Origin: Betaproteobacteria bacterium
GTDB taxonomy: Bacteria; Pseudomonadota; Gammaproteobacteria; Burkholderiales; Casimicrobiaceae
Direction: 5' to 3'
Assembly (NCBI GenBank): GCA_031430575.1
Contig: JANPBT010000055.1
Span: 30,820 to 54,819 of the forward strand
Length of the DNA stretch: 24,000 bases
In this document: in pieces, positions 1 to 8,607 of the stretch
Layout: the number at the start of each line of letters is the position of its first letter
Position numbering within the stretch: position 1 is the stretch's first letter
The notes under the pieces: model-generated
What the model was told of the DNA's origin: nothing
What the model saw: only the letters and a program-made list of their open reading frames with translations
The model's database searches: none
Position numbers and translations under genes: made by a program

Positions 1-40
1 GGCACCGCACCCCGAGTTCGCGTTAAAACCGCCGGGCGCG

Positions 41-994
41 GTGCCCGCCATGATTCCTGCGTGCGCGCACTACGCGGGCAACGAAAAATTCATTCGCAAA
101 GCGGACGATCTGCGCCGCAGGTATGCCTACCCTTTCGACATCACCTGCGATTGCGAAGACGGCGCGCCTGTCGGCCAAGAGCGCGCGCACGTTCGCCAAA
201 TCGCTGCGCTTATTACAGAACTATCGAAAGGCGGCGGGCGCTTTGGTGTGCGCATCCACGACATTTCGACGCCGCACTGGTTCGACGAAATCGACGTGCT
301 CGTCGGCGCTGCTGGAAATTCTCTGGCCTACCTCACCTTTCCCAAAGTTGATAGCGCAGAAGCGTTGCAACGCAAATTAGCACACTTAAGATCGGCTGAG
401 CGCAAATTTGGAATCGCAAGGCCGATCCCCATACATGCGATGATCGAATCGCAGGAAGGGCTTCGCAATGTCGACGCCATCGCCGCAACCTCGGCCGTTG
501 AGGCGATTGATTTTGGCGTGATGGATTTTGTCTCCGATCATGCCGGCGCGATTCCCGTATCGGCGCTGAAATCGCCAGCGCAATTCGATCATGTTTTAAT
601 GCGACGCGCGCGCGCCGAAATCGTCGCTGCGGCGCTGCGTCACGGCAAAGTAGCCGCCGATAGCGTCACCATTGAATTCACCAAACCAGAGCAAGCTAAA
701 AACGACGCGATCCGTGCGCGCACCGAGTTTGGGTATCAGCGCAAATACAGCGTGCACCCTGATCAAATTCCGCAAATTTTGCTCGGCATGCGTCCGAGCG
801 ACGAAGAAGTTGCGTTTGCATGTGGGGTCTTGCTTGCGGGCCACGACGCCGCGTGGGGCCCGATTCGGTTTCAAGATGAGCTTCACGACCGTGCCTCGTT
901 TCGCTATTTCTGGCAATTGCTCAAACGCGCACGTGCCGCGGGCGCGCAGGTTACGAAATCCGCTGAAATACGCTTTTTTGCACCATCAAAATGA
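41..994 (+). CDS. HpcH/HpaI aldolase / citrate lyase beta (CitE)-like acyl-CoA lyase family protein
   Basis: 317-aa ORF with CitE-like blocks (DCEDGAP, FPKVDSAEAL, MIESQEGLRNVDAIAA, DFGVMDF). It has a GTG start at 41, but the frame is open back to base 2, so the true start could lie at ATG 50 or off-window. Confidence 0.75.
   Translation: MPAMIPACAHYAGNEKFIRKADDLRRRYAYPFDITCDCEDGAPVGQERAHVRQIAALITELSKGGGRFGVRIHDISTPHWFDEIDVLVGAAGNSLAYLTFPKVDSAEALQRKLAHLRSAERKFGIARPIPIHAMIESQEGLRNVDAIAATSAVEAIDFGVMDFVSDHAGAIPVSALKSPAQFDHVLMRRARAEIVAAALRHGKVAADSVTIEFTKPEQAKNDAIRARTEFGYQRKYSVHPDQIPQILLGMRPSDEEVAFACGVLLAGHDAAWGPIRFQDELHDRASFRYFWQLLKRARAAGAQVTKSAEIRFFAPSK
108..123 (+). repeat. Copy of 16-mer ATCTGCGCCGCAGGTA (16/16), inside the CDS, read as LRRRY
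   Basis: Exact match read directly from the sequence. Confidence 0.9.
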
Positions 995-1022
995 GCGTGC
1001 CAGTATTACTCGCCACACCGCA

Positions 1023-1095
1023 ATCTGCGCCGCAGGTAAGTCATCGCAGAGGCTCACTAATGAAGCAAATTTCCGCACGTACCTGCGGCGCAGAT
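1023..1095. repeat. Inverted pair of the 16-mer: forward copy 1023..1038, reverse copy 1080..1095, 41-nt spacer
   Basis: Both arms are 16/16. The pair lies in the gap between the citE-like stop (994) and the prpB start (1177). Confidence 0.9.
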
Positions 1096-1176
1096 AAAAG
1101 GGTGAGAAACATTCGACCCAGCAGCTGACCCGTCATTTTTATTATTAACCGCCAACTGATTCGATAGACCGCCACT

Positions 1177-2055
1177 ATGCAAACCCCCGGACAACGCTTC
1201 CGCCAAGCACTTAAAGAAGAATCGCCCCTGCAAGTGATCGGCGCGATCAACGCCAATCATGCGCTCCTCGCGCAACGCGCGGGCTATCGCGCGATCTATT
1301 TATCGGGCGGCGGTGTCGCTGCCGGCTCGCTTGGTTTGCCCGATTTGGGCATTAACAATTTAGATGATGTGCTCACCGACATTCGCCGCATCACCGATGT
1401 GTGCGACGTGCCGCTCATGGTCGATATCGACACTGGCTTTGGCCCCTCCGCATTCAACATCGCCCGCACGGTGAAATCCCTCATCAAATTTGGCGCGGCG
1501 GCCTGCCACATCGAAGATCAAGTCGGCGCGAAACGCTGCGGCCACCGCCCGGGTAAAGAAATCGTGACTACCGAAGAAATGGTAGACCGCGTAAAAGCCG
1601 CTGCGGACGCGAAAACTGACCCCAATTTTTTCTTAATCGCCCGCACCGACGCGATACAAGTGCATGGCGTAGATGCCGCGATCGAGCGCGCGGTGAAGTG
1701 CGTCGAAGCCGGCGCTGACGGCATCTTCGCTGAAGCCGCCTATGATTTGCCGACGTACGAAAGATTTGTAAAAGCGGTGAACGCCCCCGTGCTCGCCAAC
1801 ATCACCGAGTTCGGCAAAACGCCGTTATTCACCGTTGATGAATTGAAATCGGTCGGCGTGCAAATCGTGCTCTACCCGCTCTCCGCCTTCCGTGCGATGA
1901 ACAAAGCCGCGGAAAATGTCTACACCGCCATCCGCCGCGACGGGCATCAGAAGAATGTGGTGGAGACGATGCAGACGCGCGATGAGCTTTATGACCGGAT
2001 TGGGTATCACGCGTTTGAAGAGAAGTTGGATGCGTTGTTTGCGGGGAAGAAGTAA
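1177..2055 (+). CDS. prpB: 2-methylisocitrate lyase
   Basis: 292 aa with the isocitrate-lyase/PEP-mutase fold signature [18 protein letters not shown] and a typical PrpB N-terminus (FRQAL...[25 protein letters not shown]). It sits with prpC, acnD and prpF. Confidence 0.93.
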   Translation: MQTPGQRFRQALKEESPLQVIGAINANHALLAQRAGYRAIYLSGGGVAAGSLGLPDLGINNLDDVLTDIRRITDVCDVPLMVDIDTGFGPSAFNIARTVKSLIKFGAAACHIEDQVGAKRCGHRPGKEIVTTEEMVDRVKAAADAKTDPNFFLIARTDAIQVHGVDAAIERAVKCVEAGADGIFAEAAYDLPTYERFVKAVNAPVLANITEFGKTPLFTVDELKSVGVQIVLYPLSAFRAMNKAAENVYTAIRRDGHQKNVVETMQTRDELYDRIGYHAFEEKLDALFAGKK

Positions 2056-2058
2056 TTC

Positions 2059-2319
2059 ATGCCGACGTTAAGCGCGTTTTACGGAATATTGATTCGGATG
2101 TACTTCGAGGATCACGCACCACCGCATTTTCACGCGCTTTACGGTGAATTTGAAGCATTGATTGATATTCAAAATTTGGCTGTAATTCGTGGCGCACTTC
2201 CGCGTCGCGCGCTGCAACTCACGCTTGATTGGGCAGAGTTACATCGCGAAGAATTGCTTTCGGATTGGGCGCTTTGCCAGATCGGAAAAACGCCCAACCC
2301 GATTCCACCTCTGCTGTAA
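2059..2319 (+). CDS. DUF4160 family protein
   Basis: 86 aa with the characteristic N-terminus MPTLSAFYGILIRMYFEDHAPPHFHALYGEFEA. It starts 3 nt after the prpB stop. Confidence 0.8.
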   Translation: MPTLSAFYGILIRMYFEDHAPPHFHALYGEFEALIDIQNLAVIRGALPRRALQLTLDWAELHREELLSDWALCQIGKTPNPIPPLL

Positions 2320-2336
2320 CATCAAGGAGAACTGTG

Positions 2337-2597
2337 ATGATTGACTGGCATGTTAAGTGCGTTGAGGTTACAGATGAAACTTCGCTCAGAGTAACGTTCG
2401 CCGATGGCATTTCTGGCATGGTACGCTTTGAGTCATCGCGCTTTCGAGATGCCTTCGCGCCGTTGCGCGAGCCAAAGATATTTTCCGATGTAAAGATTGA
2501 GCACGGCGCATTGACCTGGCTCAATGGCGAGATTGATCTTGCTCCTGATGCAATGTATGACCAATTGAAGGCGCATGGAGAGTGGAGATTGAGTTAG
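2337..2597 (+). CDS. DUF2442 family protein
   Basis: ATG 2337 is preceded by AAGGAG (2324..2329). The product MIDWHVKCVEVTDETSLRVTFADGISGMVRF... has DUF2442-like size and pattern. The longer 2229 start would overlap the DUF4160 gene and lacks an RBS. Confidence 0.75.
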   Translation: MIDWHVKCVEVTDETSLRVTFADGISGMVRFESSRFRDAFAPLREPKIFSDVKIEHGALTWLNGEIDLAPDAMYDQLKAHGEWRLS

Positions 2598-3004
2598 TGC
2601 ATCGAGCCAAACCAATTTGGACGCACATTACCATCCAAGTGTCCAACATCGAACAAAGCATCGCCTTTTATGAACGCTGGTGCGGCATGACTATTGTTCG
2701 GGATCGAAGAATTACGGGCGGCAACACGGTATGGATGGGCTCCTACGCAGATTCGGACAAACAACGGGATTTGCTATTGGTGCTTGACCCGGAACCGGTG
2801 ACGGATCGAATGCGGCATTTCGGATTTCAACTTGAGAACTTAATCGACTTGGACGCTATGGCGGTAGAGGCAGAACAGGCAGGTATCCTCGCTGCGCCGC
2901 CAACGCTTTTAGGGGGAGAGCTCGGGCACTACTTGATGATCCGGGATCCCGATGGGCATGACGTGGAATTTACCGTTGGGCAGCCAATTCGTGGATTGCA
3001 GTAG
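2582..3004 (+). CDS. VOC (glyoxalase/bleomycin-resistance/dioxygenase) family protein
   Basis: 140 aa with HITIQVSNIEQSIAFYERWCGM ... HFGFQL ... YLMIRDPDGHDVEF, typical of the VOC fold. The start is uncertain: GTG 2582 or in-frame GTG 2597, which overlaps the upstream TAG. Confidence 0.7.
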   Translation: MEIELVHRAKPIWTHITIQVSNIEQSIAFYERWCGMTIVRDRRITGGNTVWMGSYADSDKQRDLLLVLDPEPVTDRMRHFGFQLENLIDLDAMAVEAEQAGILAAPPTLLGGELGHYLMIRDPDGHDVEFTVGQPIRGLQ

Positions 3005-3009
3005 CCAGC

Positions 3010-3117
3010 GTAGGGTGCGCACCGTCAGTGAGAAGCATGGTATGTGCAAAGCAACATCGCCGCGGGCGACCGGTGCGCAAAAGAGCGTTGCGCACCCTAC
3101 AGGGCGTACTTTTTTTT
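3010..3117 (+). terminator. Structured intergenic element with a T8 tract; possible terminator or REP-like element
   Basis: Segment 3089..3100 can pair with 3010..3021 (12 bp) or with 3072..3080 (9 bp, GGTGCGCAA/TTGCGCACC). A T8 run at 3110..3117 follows. The element begins 6 nt after the VOC stop. Confidence 0.4.
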
Positions 3118-3144
3118 CAAGAGATAAGTTTCAAAATAGGGCAA

Positions 3145-3160
3145 TTCTGCGCCGCAGGTA
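3145..3160 (+). repeat. Copy of the 16-mer (15/16, TTCTGCGCCGCAGGTA), intergenic, ending 28 nt upstream of the prpC ATG
   Basis: Read directly from the sequence. Confidence 0.9.
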
Positions 3161-3187
3161 TTTAACAAAAAACGTAGCGAAACTCAT

Positions 3188-4351
3188 ATGACTGATACGA
3201 CATCAACCACAACGCCAGGCTTCAAACCCAAAAAATCTGTAGCCCTTTCCGGCACTGCGGCGGGCAACACCGCGTTGTGCACCGTTGGCCGCACGGGCAA
3301 CGATCTCGCCTACCGTGGCTACGATATTTTGGATATCGCCGATGACTGCGAGTTTGAGGAAATCGCGTTTTTGCTCGTTCACGGCAAGCTGCCAAACATT
3401 GCCGAGCTCGCAGGCTACAAAGCAAAGTTGAAATCGTTGCGCGGCGTGCCCGCAGCGGTGAAAGCGGCGCTCGAGCAGTTGCCTGCCTCCGCCCATCCAA
3501 TGGATGTGATGCGCACGGGCGTATCGGTGTTGGGCTGCGTCTCACCTGAAAAAGACGATCGCAATCACGCTGGCGCGCGCGACATTGCCGATAAATTGAT
3601 GGCCTCGCTCGGCTCAATGATGCTTTACTGGTATCACTTTTCGCACAACGGCAAGCGCATTGAAGTTGAAACGGACGATGATTCGATCGGCGGACATTTC
3701 CTACATCTCCTGCATGGCACGAAGCCCCCAGAAGCGTGGGTCAAGGCGATGCACGTTTCGCTCAATCTGTATGCCGAGCATGAGTTCAATGCGTCGACCT
3801 TCGCGTGCCGCGTGGTGGCGGGCACAGGTTCGGACATGCATAGCGCGATTTGCGGCGGTATCGGCGCGCTGCGCGGCCCTAAGCATGGCGGTGCCAATGA
3901 AGTGGCGTTCGAAGTGCAAAAGCGCTACGAAACGCCTGACGAAGCCGAAGCCGACATCAAAGCGCGCGTGGAGCAAAAGCAAGTGGTGATTGGCTTCGGT
4001 CATCCGGTCTATACCATCGCAGACCCGCGCAATAAAGTGATCAAAGACGTCGCGCGTAAGCTCTCAAAAGACAAAGGCGACATGAAGATGTACAACATCG
4101 CAGAGCGGCTCGAAACCGTGATGTGGGACATCAAAAAAATGTTTCCAAATCTAGATTGGTTTAGCGCAGTGAGTTATCACATGATGGGCGTGCCCACCGC
4201 CATGTTTACCCCGCTTTTTGTGATTTCGCGCACGAGCGGCTGGAGCGCGCATGTGATTGAGCAACGCATCGACGGCAAGATCATCCGCCCGAGCGCAAAT
4301 TACATCGGACCGGAAGATCAACAGTTTGTACCGATTGAAAAAAGGACGTAA
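3188..4351 (+). CDS. prpC: 2-methylcitrate synthase
   Basis: 387 aa citrate-synthase family protein ([27 protein letters not shown]) of PrpC-like length, in prp operon context. Confidence 0.93.
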   Translation: MTDTTSTTTPGFKPKKSVALSGTAAGNTALCTVGRTGNDLAYRGYDILDIADDCEFEEIAFLLVHGKLPNIAELAGYKAKLKSLRGVPAAVKAALEQLPASAHPMDVMRTGVSVLGCVSPEKDDRNHAGARDIADKLMASLGSMMLYWYHFSHNGKRIEVETDDDSIGGHFLHLLHGTKPPEAWVKAMHVSLNLYAEHEFNASTFACRVVAGTGSDMHSAICGGIGALRGPKHGGANEVAFEVQKRYETPDEAEADIKARVEQKQVVIGFGHPVYTIADPRNKVIKDVARKLSKDKGDMKMYNIAERLETVMWDIKKMFPNLDWFSAVSYHMMGVPTAMFTPLFVISRTSGWSAHVIEQRIDGKIIRPSANYIGPEDQQFVPIEKRT

Positions 4352-4722
4352 TGAACTTTAACCACGCGATGGTGAACGTGAGCGATCTAACGAAGAGCTT
4401 GGCGTTTTATACGCAGCTCTTTGGCCAATCCGCGCGCGTGATTTCAGCGGTGGATCATTACGCACGGCTCGCATTTGCAAGTGGCACTTCTCTTTCCTTG
4501 CATGCAACAGAAGGCAAATCTGCGCCGCAGGCATCGAGCAATGCGTTGTATTTTGACTGCGACGTCGATGCGCAATTCGCACGACTACAGTCGCTAGGCG
4601 TCGTGTTTTCCCAAGCGGCGAACGATCAACCGTGGCACTGGCGGGAAGCGCATTTGAGTGATCCAGATGGTCATCCCCTCGTGCTTTTTCACGATACAGC
4701 GGCTAATCGGAGAGTGCGTTGA
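4351..4722 (+). CDS. VOC/glyoxalase family protein
   Basis: 123 aa (HAMVNVSDLTKSLAFYTQLFG ... LSDPDGHPLVLF). Its ATG overlaps the prpC TAA by 1 nt (TAATG). Confidence 0.75.
   Translation: MNFNHAMVNVSDLTKSLAFYTQLFGQSARVISAVDHYARLAFASGTSLSLHATEGKSAPQASSNALYFDCDVDAQFARLQSLGVVFSQAANDQPWHWREAHLSDPDGHPLVLFHDTAANRRVR
4518..4533 (+). repeat. Copy of the 16-mer (15/16, ATCTGCGCCGCAGGCA), inside the CDS, read as SAPQA
   Basis: Read directly from the sequence. Confidence 0.85.
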
Positions 4723-5201
4723 TCCCGAGCGCTCAGTTACTCGGCGAGCTTACCTCTCGCCGCGCCACACGCGCTGATTTGCCAGCGCTGCTCACGCTCA
4801 TCGCTGACGACGCGCTCGGTAAAAATCGCGATGCTGATCACGACCACCCGATTTATGCGGCAGCGTTTGAGCGCATTGACGCCGATCCTAATCAGTATTT
4901 GATGGTGGTTGCGCGCTTGGATGAAGTCGTCGGCATGGCGCAAATCACGCTCATCCCCGGCTTGTCGCGCAGAGGCGCGACGCGTGCGAATATTGAAGCG
5001 GTGCGGGTCGCAAGTGGATTGCGCGGGCAAGGGGTCGGCACGTGGCTCATGCTCGAAGCGCAGAAGTATGCGCAATCGCAAGGCTGCGCGTTGCTTCAAT
5101 TAACGAGTGATAAGGTGCGCGATCAAGCGCATCGCTTTTACGGGGAGCTCGGTTACGAAGCATCCCATATTGGATTTAAGCGTCGGTTGGAGATCATATG
5201 A
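4719..5201 (+). CDS. GNAT family N-acetyltransferase
   Basis: 160 aa with the acetyl-CoA binding motif RGQGVGTWLMLEAQKYAQSQG and C-terminal RFYGELGY. The TTG start overlaps the upstream TGA (TTGA). Confidence 0.82.
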   Translation: MIPSAQLLGELTSRRATRADLPALLTLIADDALGKNRDADHDHPIYAAAFERIDADPNQYLMVVARLDEVVGMAQITLIPGLSRRGATRANIEAVRVASGLRGQGVGTWLMLEAQKYAQSQGCALLQLTSDKVRDQAHRFYGELGYEASHIGFKRRLEII

Positions 5202-5932
5202 AACAAATGCAAATGTGCGCCGCAGGTATCGCCTTTTTGATCGGAGCCAGCATTGCTCAAGAGGCGAGCGCTCAACTAACCGGCTCTCGGGTCGACGGCT
5301 ACCAGCGCGAAGTTGAACAAAAACTCAAAAAATCGCGTGATGACTATCTCGTAGAAAAGGAAGCGGCACGCGCCAGCAAGGCAGCAGCGAACGCTGGATA
5401 CGGTTTTTCGAATCGGATAGAGGCTGAAGGTGTGCCGCTTTCAAAGCGCGGCTCGCAGTGGAAAATCAGCACAACCCGATATAGCTGCGCTGGCGGGCTC
5501 GCGCTGGTGACAAAGCAACGGCTTTCTTCGGCCGACTTTACCGCAGGCATCGCTGAGCGGCGCGATGCAGGCAGTACCGCGCGCGGCGCCATTTTTACCA
5601 AAAACAAACCCGATCAAATCGAGCTCGATGCGCTCGACGATCTTGATTTAAATTTAAAGAAAATCAAACCGGTTACGCTCACGTTTAAATACAAGAACTA
5701 CCAACTCAATGCCGAAAAAGCGCTTACCGGCTGGCATTTGACCAACCGAACGCAAGGTATTTCCTGGGCTGTGAAGCAAGGTAAGGGCACACTTAAAAAC
5801 TCATATTCTGGTCGCGTACTCGCGCAAGACTGCCGCGGTGGCTCACCGTTTGTTACCGATGCGCCCGAAAGCGAAGATGACGATCTCGCGCCATTCGCGG
5901 CAAGATCGTCTAGTGTTTTTATTACGAAATAG
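5198..5932 (+). CDS. Hypothetical exported protein
   Basis: 244 aa with an N-terminal signal-like segment MKQMQMCAAGIAFLIGASIAQEASAQ. Its ATG overlaps the GNAT stop (ATGA). I recognise no family. Confidence 0.6.
   Translation: MKQMQMCAAGIAFLIGASIAQEASAQLTGSRVDGYQREVEQKLKKSRDDYLVEKEAARASKAAANAGYGFSNRIEAEGVPLSKRGSQWKISTTRYSCAGGLALVTKQRLSSADFTAGIAERRDAGSTARGAIFTKNKPDQIELDALDDLDLNLKKIKPVTLTFKYKNYQLNAEKALTGWHLTNRTQGISWAVKQGKGTLKNSYSGRVLAQDCRGGSPFVTDAPESEDDDLAPFAARSSSVFITK
5213..5228 (+). repeat. Copy of the 16-mer (15/16, ATGTGCGCCGCAGGTA), codons 6-11 of the exported protein, read as CAAGI
   Basis: Read directly from the sequence. Confidence 0.85.
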
Positions 5933-6021
5933 CGACCATAGCGCGTCCGCCAAACAGCGGATGCAGCGTGGCTTCAACGAAAACTTCTACACGTACATTT
6001 AACTTCATCTGATCAACTTCG

Positions 6022-8607
6022 ATGTATAAAAAAAAGCTTCCTGGAACCACGCTTTCATATTTCGATGCCCGTGCCGCGATTGACGCGATAACACCTGGCG
6101 CCTACGCAACGCTGCCCTACACCTCGCGCGTGCTCGCGGAAAATTTAGTACGTCGCGCTGATCCGGCCAAGCTCAACGACTATCTTTCGGAACTCATTTT
6201 GCGCAAGAGTGACTTGGATTTTCCGTGGTTTCCAGCGCGCGTGGTTTGCCACGATATTCTCGGCCAAACTGCATTGGTCGATCTCGCAGGCCTACGCGAT
6301 GCCATCGCCGATGAGGGCGGCGACCCGGCGGAGGTTAATCCCGTTGTGCCAGTGCAATTGATTGTCGATCATTCGCTCGCGGTGGAGTGCGGCGGCTTCG
6401 ATCCCAATGCGTTTGAAAAAAATCGCGCGATTGAAGATCGTCGCAACGAAGATCGCTTTCATTTCATCGATTGGACGAAACGGGCATTTAAAAATGTAGA
6501 AGTGATCCCGCCGGGTAATGGCATCATGCATCAAATCAATTTGGAGCGCATGTCGCCCGTGATTACGGTGCAAGATGGCGTTGCATTCCCCGACACTTGT
6601 GTAGGCACCGATAGTCATACCCCACACATTGATGCGCTTGGCGTCATTGCGATTGGCGTCGGGGGATTGGAAGCAGAAAACGTGATGCTCGGTCGCGCAT
6701 CGTGGATGCGCTTGCCAGAGATCGTCGGTGTTGAACTTTCAGGTAAGCCGCAGGAAGGCATCACCGCGACAGACGTCGTGCTCGCGTTAACAGAATTTTT
6801 ACGGCAACAAAAAGTCGTCGGTGCCTATCTGGAATTTCGCGGCGTAGGCGCTTCCGCGCTCACGCTGGGTGATCGGGCGACAATCTCCAACATGGCGCCA
6901 GAGTATGGCGCAACGGCAGCGATGTTTTTCATTGATCAACATACGATTGATTATTTGCGGCTCACTGGCCGCGAAGACGCGCAGATTAAATTAGTTGAAT
7001 CCTATGCGAAACACACGGGGCTGTGGGCCGATGCGCTTACGACTGCCCAATATCCCCGCACGATTTCATTCGATCTTTCCACGGTCGTGCGCAATATGGC
7101 CGGACCATCAAACCCTCACGCTCGGGTTGCGACGACTGATCTTGCTTCCAAAGGCATCGCAAAACCATGGTCGCAATCTGGTGATTTGATGCCCGATGGC
7201 GCGGTCATCATCGCAGCCATTACGAGCTGCACCAACACGAGCAACCCGCGTAATGTGATCGCAGCGGGCTTGCTCGCGCGCAATGCCAATCGTCTGGGGC
7301 TCACGCGCAAGCCGTGGGTGAAATCTTCACTGGCGCCAGGCTCAAAAACGGTTGATCTCTATTTACAAGAAGCCGGGCTCAAAACCGAGCTTGAAAAATT
7401 GGGGTTCGGTATCGTAGCTTTTGCGTGTACGACGTGCAACGGCATGTCGGGCGCACTCGATCCCATCATTCAAAAAGAAATTGTTGATCGCGATCTTTAC
7501 GCAACTGCAGTGCTTTCGGGTAATCGTAATTTCGATGGCCGCATTCATCCGTATGCCAAGCAAGCCTTTTTAGCCTCGCCACCGTTGGTCGTAGCCTATG
7601 CGATTGCAGGAACGGTGCGCTTTGATATTGAGCGTGATTCTTTCGGTGCTGATGCCAATGGCAATCCGATTTTGCTGAAAGACTTGTGGCCAAGCGATGC
7701 CGAGATTGATGCAGCAGTAAAGGCTAGCGTAAAGCCAGAGCAATTCCGTAAGGTCTATGAGCCGATGTTCGCCATTGGCGTGGCCAGCACCGAGCACGTT
7801 AAGCCGCTCTACGATTGGCGCACGCAGAGCACCTACATTCGCCGCCCGCCCTATTGGGAAGGTGCGCTGGCAGGTGAGCGCACCCTGCGTGGCATGCGTG
7901 CGCTGGCTGTGCTGGGCGACAATATCACCACCGATCATCTTTCGCCTTCAAACGCGATCATGCTCGACAGTGCCGCAGGTGAATATTTAGCCAAAATGGG
8001 TCTGCCCGAGGAAGACTTTAATTCCTATGCGACCCATCGCGGCGATCATCTCACTGCGCAGCGCGCGACATTTGCCAACCCCACGCTCATGAATGAAATG
8101 GCAGTCGTTGATGGCAAAGTAAAAAAGGGCTCGCTCACTCGCGTTGAGCCCGAGGGCAAAGTCACCCGCATGTGGGACGCGATCCAAACCTACATGGAGC
8201 GCAAGCAGCCGCTCATCATTATTGGCGGCGCGGATTACGGGCAAGGCTCATCGCGTGATTGGGCGGCCAAGGGCGTGCGGCTGGCAGGTGTTGAAGTGAT
8301 CGTCGCCGAGAGTTTTGAGCGCATCCATCGCACCAATTTAGTAGGGATGGGCGTGTTGCCACTGGAATTTAAAACGGGCACCAATCGACTCACGCTTGAG
8401 CTTGATGGCAGCGAAACTTACGACGTCATCGGCGAGCGCACGCCCCGCGCCACGCTGACCGTAGTGATTCATCGCAAAAACGGCGAGCAAATCGAAGTGT
8501 CCGCGACGTGCCGACTCGATACCGCAGAAGAAGTTTCGATCTACGAAGCGGGTGGGGTATTGCAGCGCTTTGCAAAAGACTTTTTGGAAAGCAAAAAATC
8601 AGCATGA
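6022..8607 (+). CDS. acnD: Fe/S-dependent 2-methylisocitrate dehydratase (aconitase family, AcnD)
   Basis: 861 aa with an AcnD-type N-terminus (LPGTTLSYFDARAAIDAITPGAYATLPYTSRVLAENLVRR) and aconitase cluster-ligand regions ([19 protein letters not shown]). It is immediately followed by prpF. Confidence 0.92.
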   Translation: MYKKKLPGTTLSYFDARAAIDAITPGAYATLPYTSRVLAENLVRRADPAKLNDYLSELILRKSDLDFPWFPARVVCHDILGQTALVDLAGLRDAIADEGGDPAEVNPVVPVQLIVDHSLAVECGGFDPNAFEKNRAIEDRRNEDRFHFIDWTKRAFKNVEVIPPGNGIMHQINLERMSPVITVQDGVAFPDTCVGTDSHTPHIDALGVIAIGVGGLEAENVMLGRASWMRLPEIVGVELSGKPQEGITATDVVLALTEFLRQQKVVGAYLEFRGVGASALTLGDRATISNMAPEYGATAAMFFIDQHTIDYLRLTGREDAQIKLVESYAKHTGLWADALTTAQYPRTISFDLSTVVRNMAGPSNPHARVATTDLASKGIAKPWSQSGDLMPDGAVIIAAITSCTNTSNPRNVIAAGLLARNANRLGLTRKPWVKSSLAPGSKTVDLYLQEAGLKTELEKLGFGIVAFACTTCNGMSGALDPIIQKEIVDRDLYATAVLSGNRNFDGRIHPYAKQAFLASPPLVVAYAIAGTVRFDIERDSFGADANGNPILLKDLWPSDAEIDAAVKASVKPEQFRKVYEPMFAIGVASTEHVKPLYDWRTQSTYIRRPPYWEGALAGERTLRGMRALAVLGDNITTDHLSPSNAIMLDSAAGEYLAKMGLPEEDFNSYATHRGDHLTAQRATFANPTLMNEMAVVDGKVKKGSLTRVEPEGKVTRMWDAIQTYMERKQPLIIIGGADYGQGSSRDWAAKGVRLAGVEVIVAESFERIHRTNLVGMGVLPLEFKTGTNRLTLELDGSETYDVIGERTPRATLTVVIHRKNGEQIEVSATCRLDTAEEVSIYEAGGVLQRFAKDFLESKKSA

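Noticed and set aside
1023-1052. Possible self-targeting of spacer 17 against the motif copy at 1023
   Set aside because: Identity stops after 13 nt (CGCCGCAGGTAAG), which is the shared motif plus two bases, and the remaining 17 nt do not align. No spacer has a full match that I could find by eye in this window. A proper alignment search is still needed.
995-1176. Searched for a sigma54 (TGGCAC-N5-TTGC) promoter or PrpR-type control region upstream of prpB
   Set aside because: No GG-N10-GC element or enhancer-like repeats are visible. The only notable structure is the motif pair. No promoter call is made.
2229-2336. Upstream extension of the DUF2442 ORF (122-aa version)
   Set aside because: It overlaps the DUF4160 3' end. 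The family is about 85 aa long, and ATG 2337 has a good AAGGAG RBS.
7968-7983. Partial motif hits: GCCGCAGGT at 7972..7980, TACCTGCGG at 17188..17196, GGCTGCGCCACAGGTC at 22187..22202 (12/16) and GCGGCGCAG near 18765
   Set aside because: Each has at most 12 of 16 matches and lacks the intact 11-nt core. They may be decayed copies, but they cannot be told apart from chance in GC-rich coding DNA and are not counted among the 18.
8508-8603. Upstream extension of the prpF ORF (434-aa version)
   Set aside because: The extension lies wholly inside acnD in another frame. ATG 8604 gives a canonical PrpF N-terminus and an ATGA overlap with the acnD stop.
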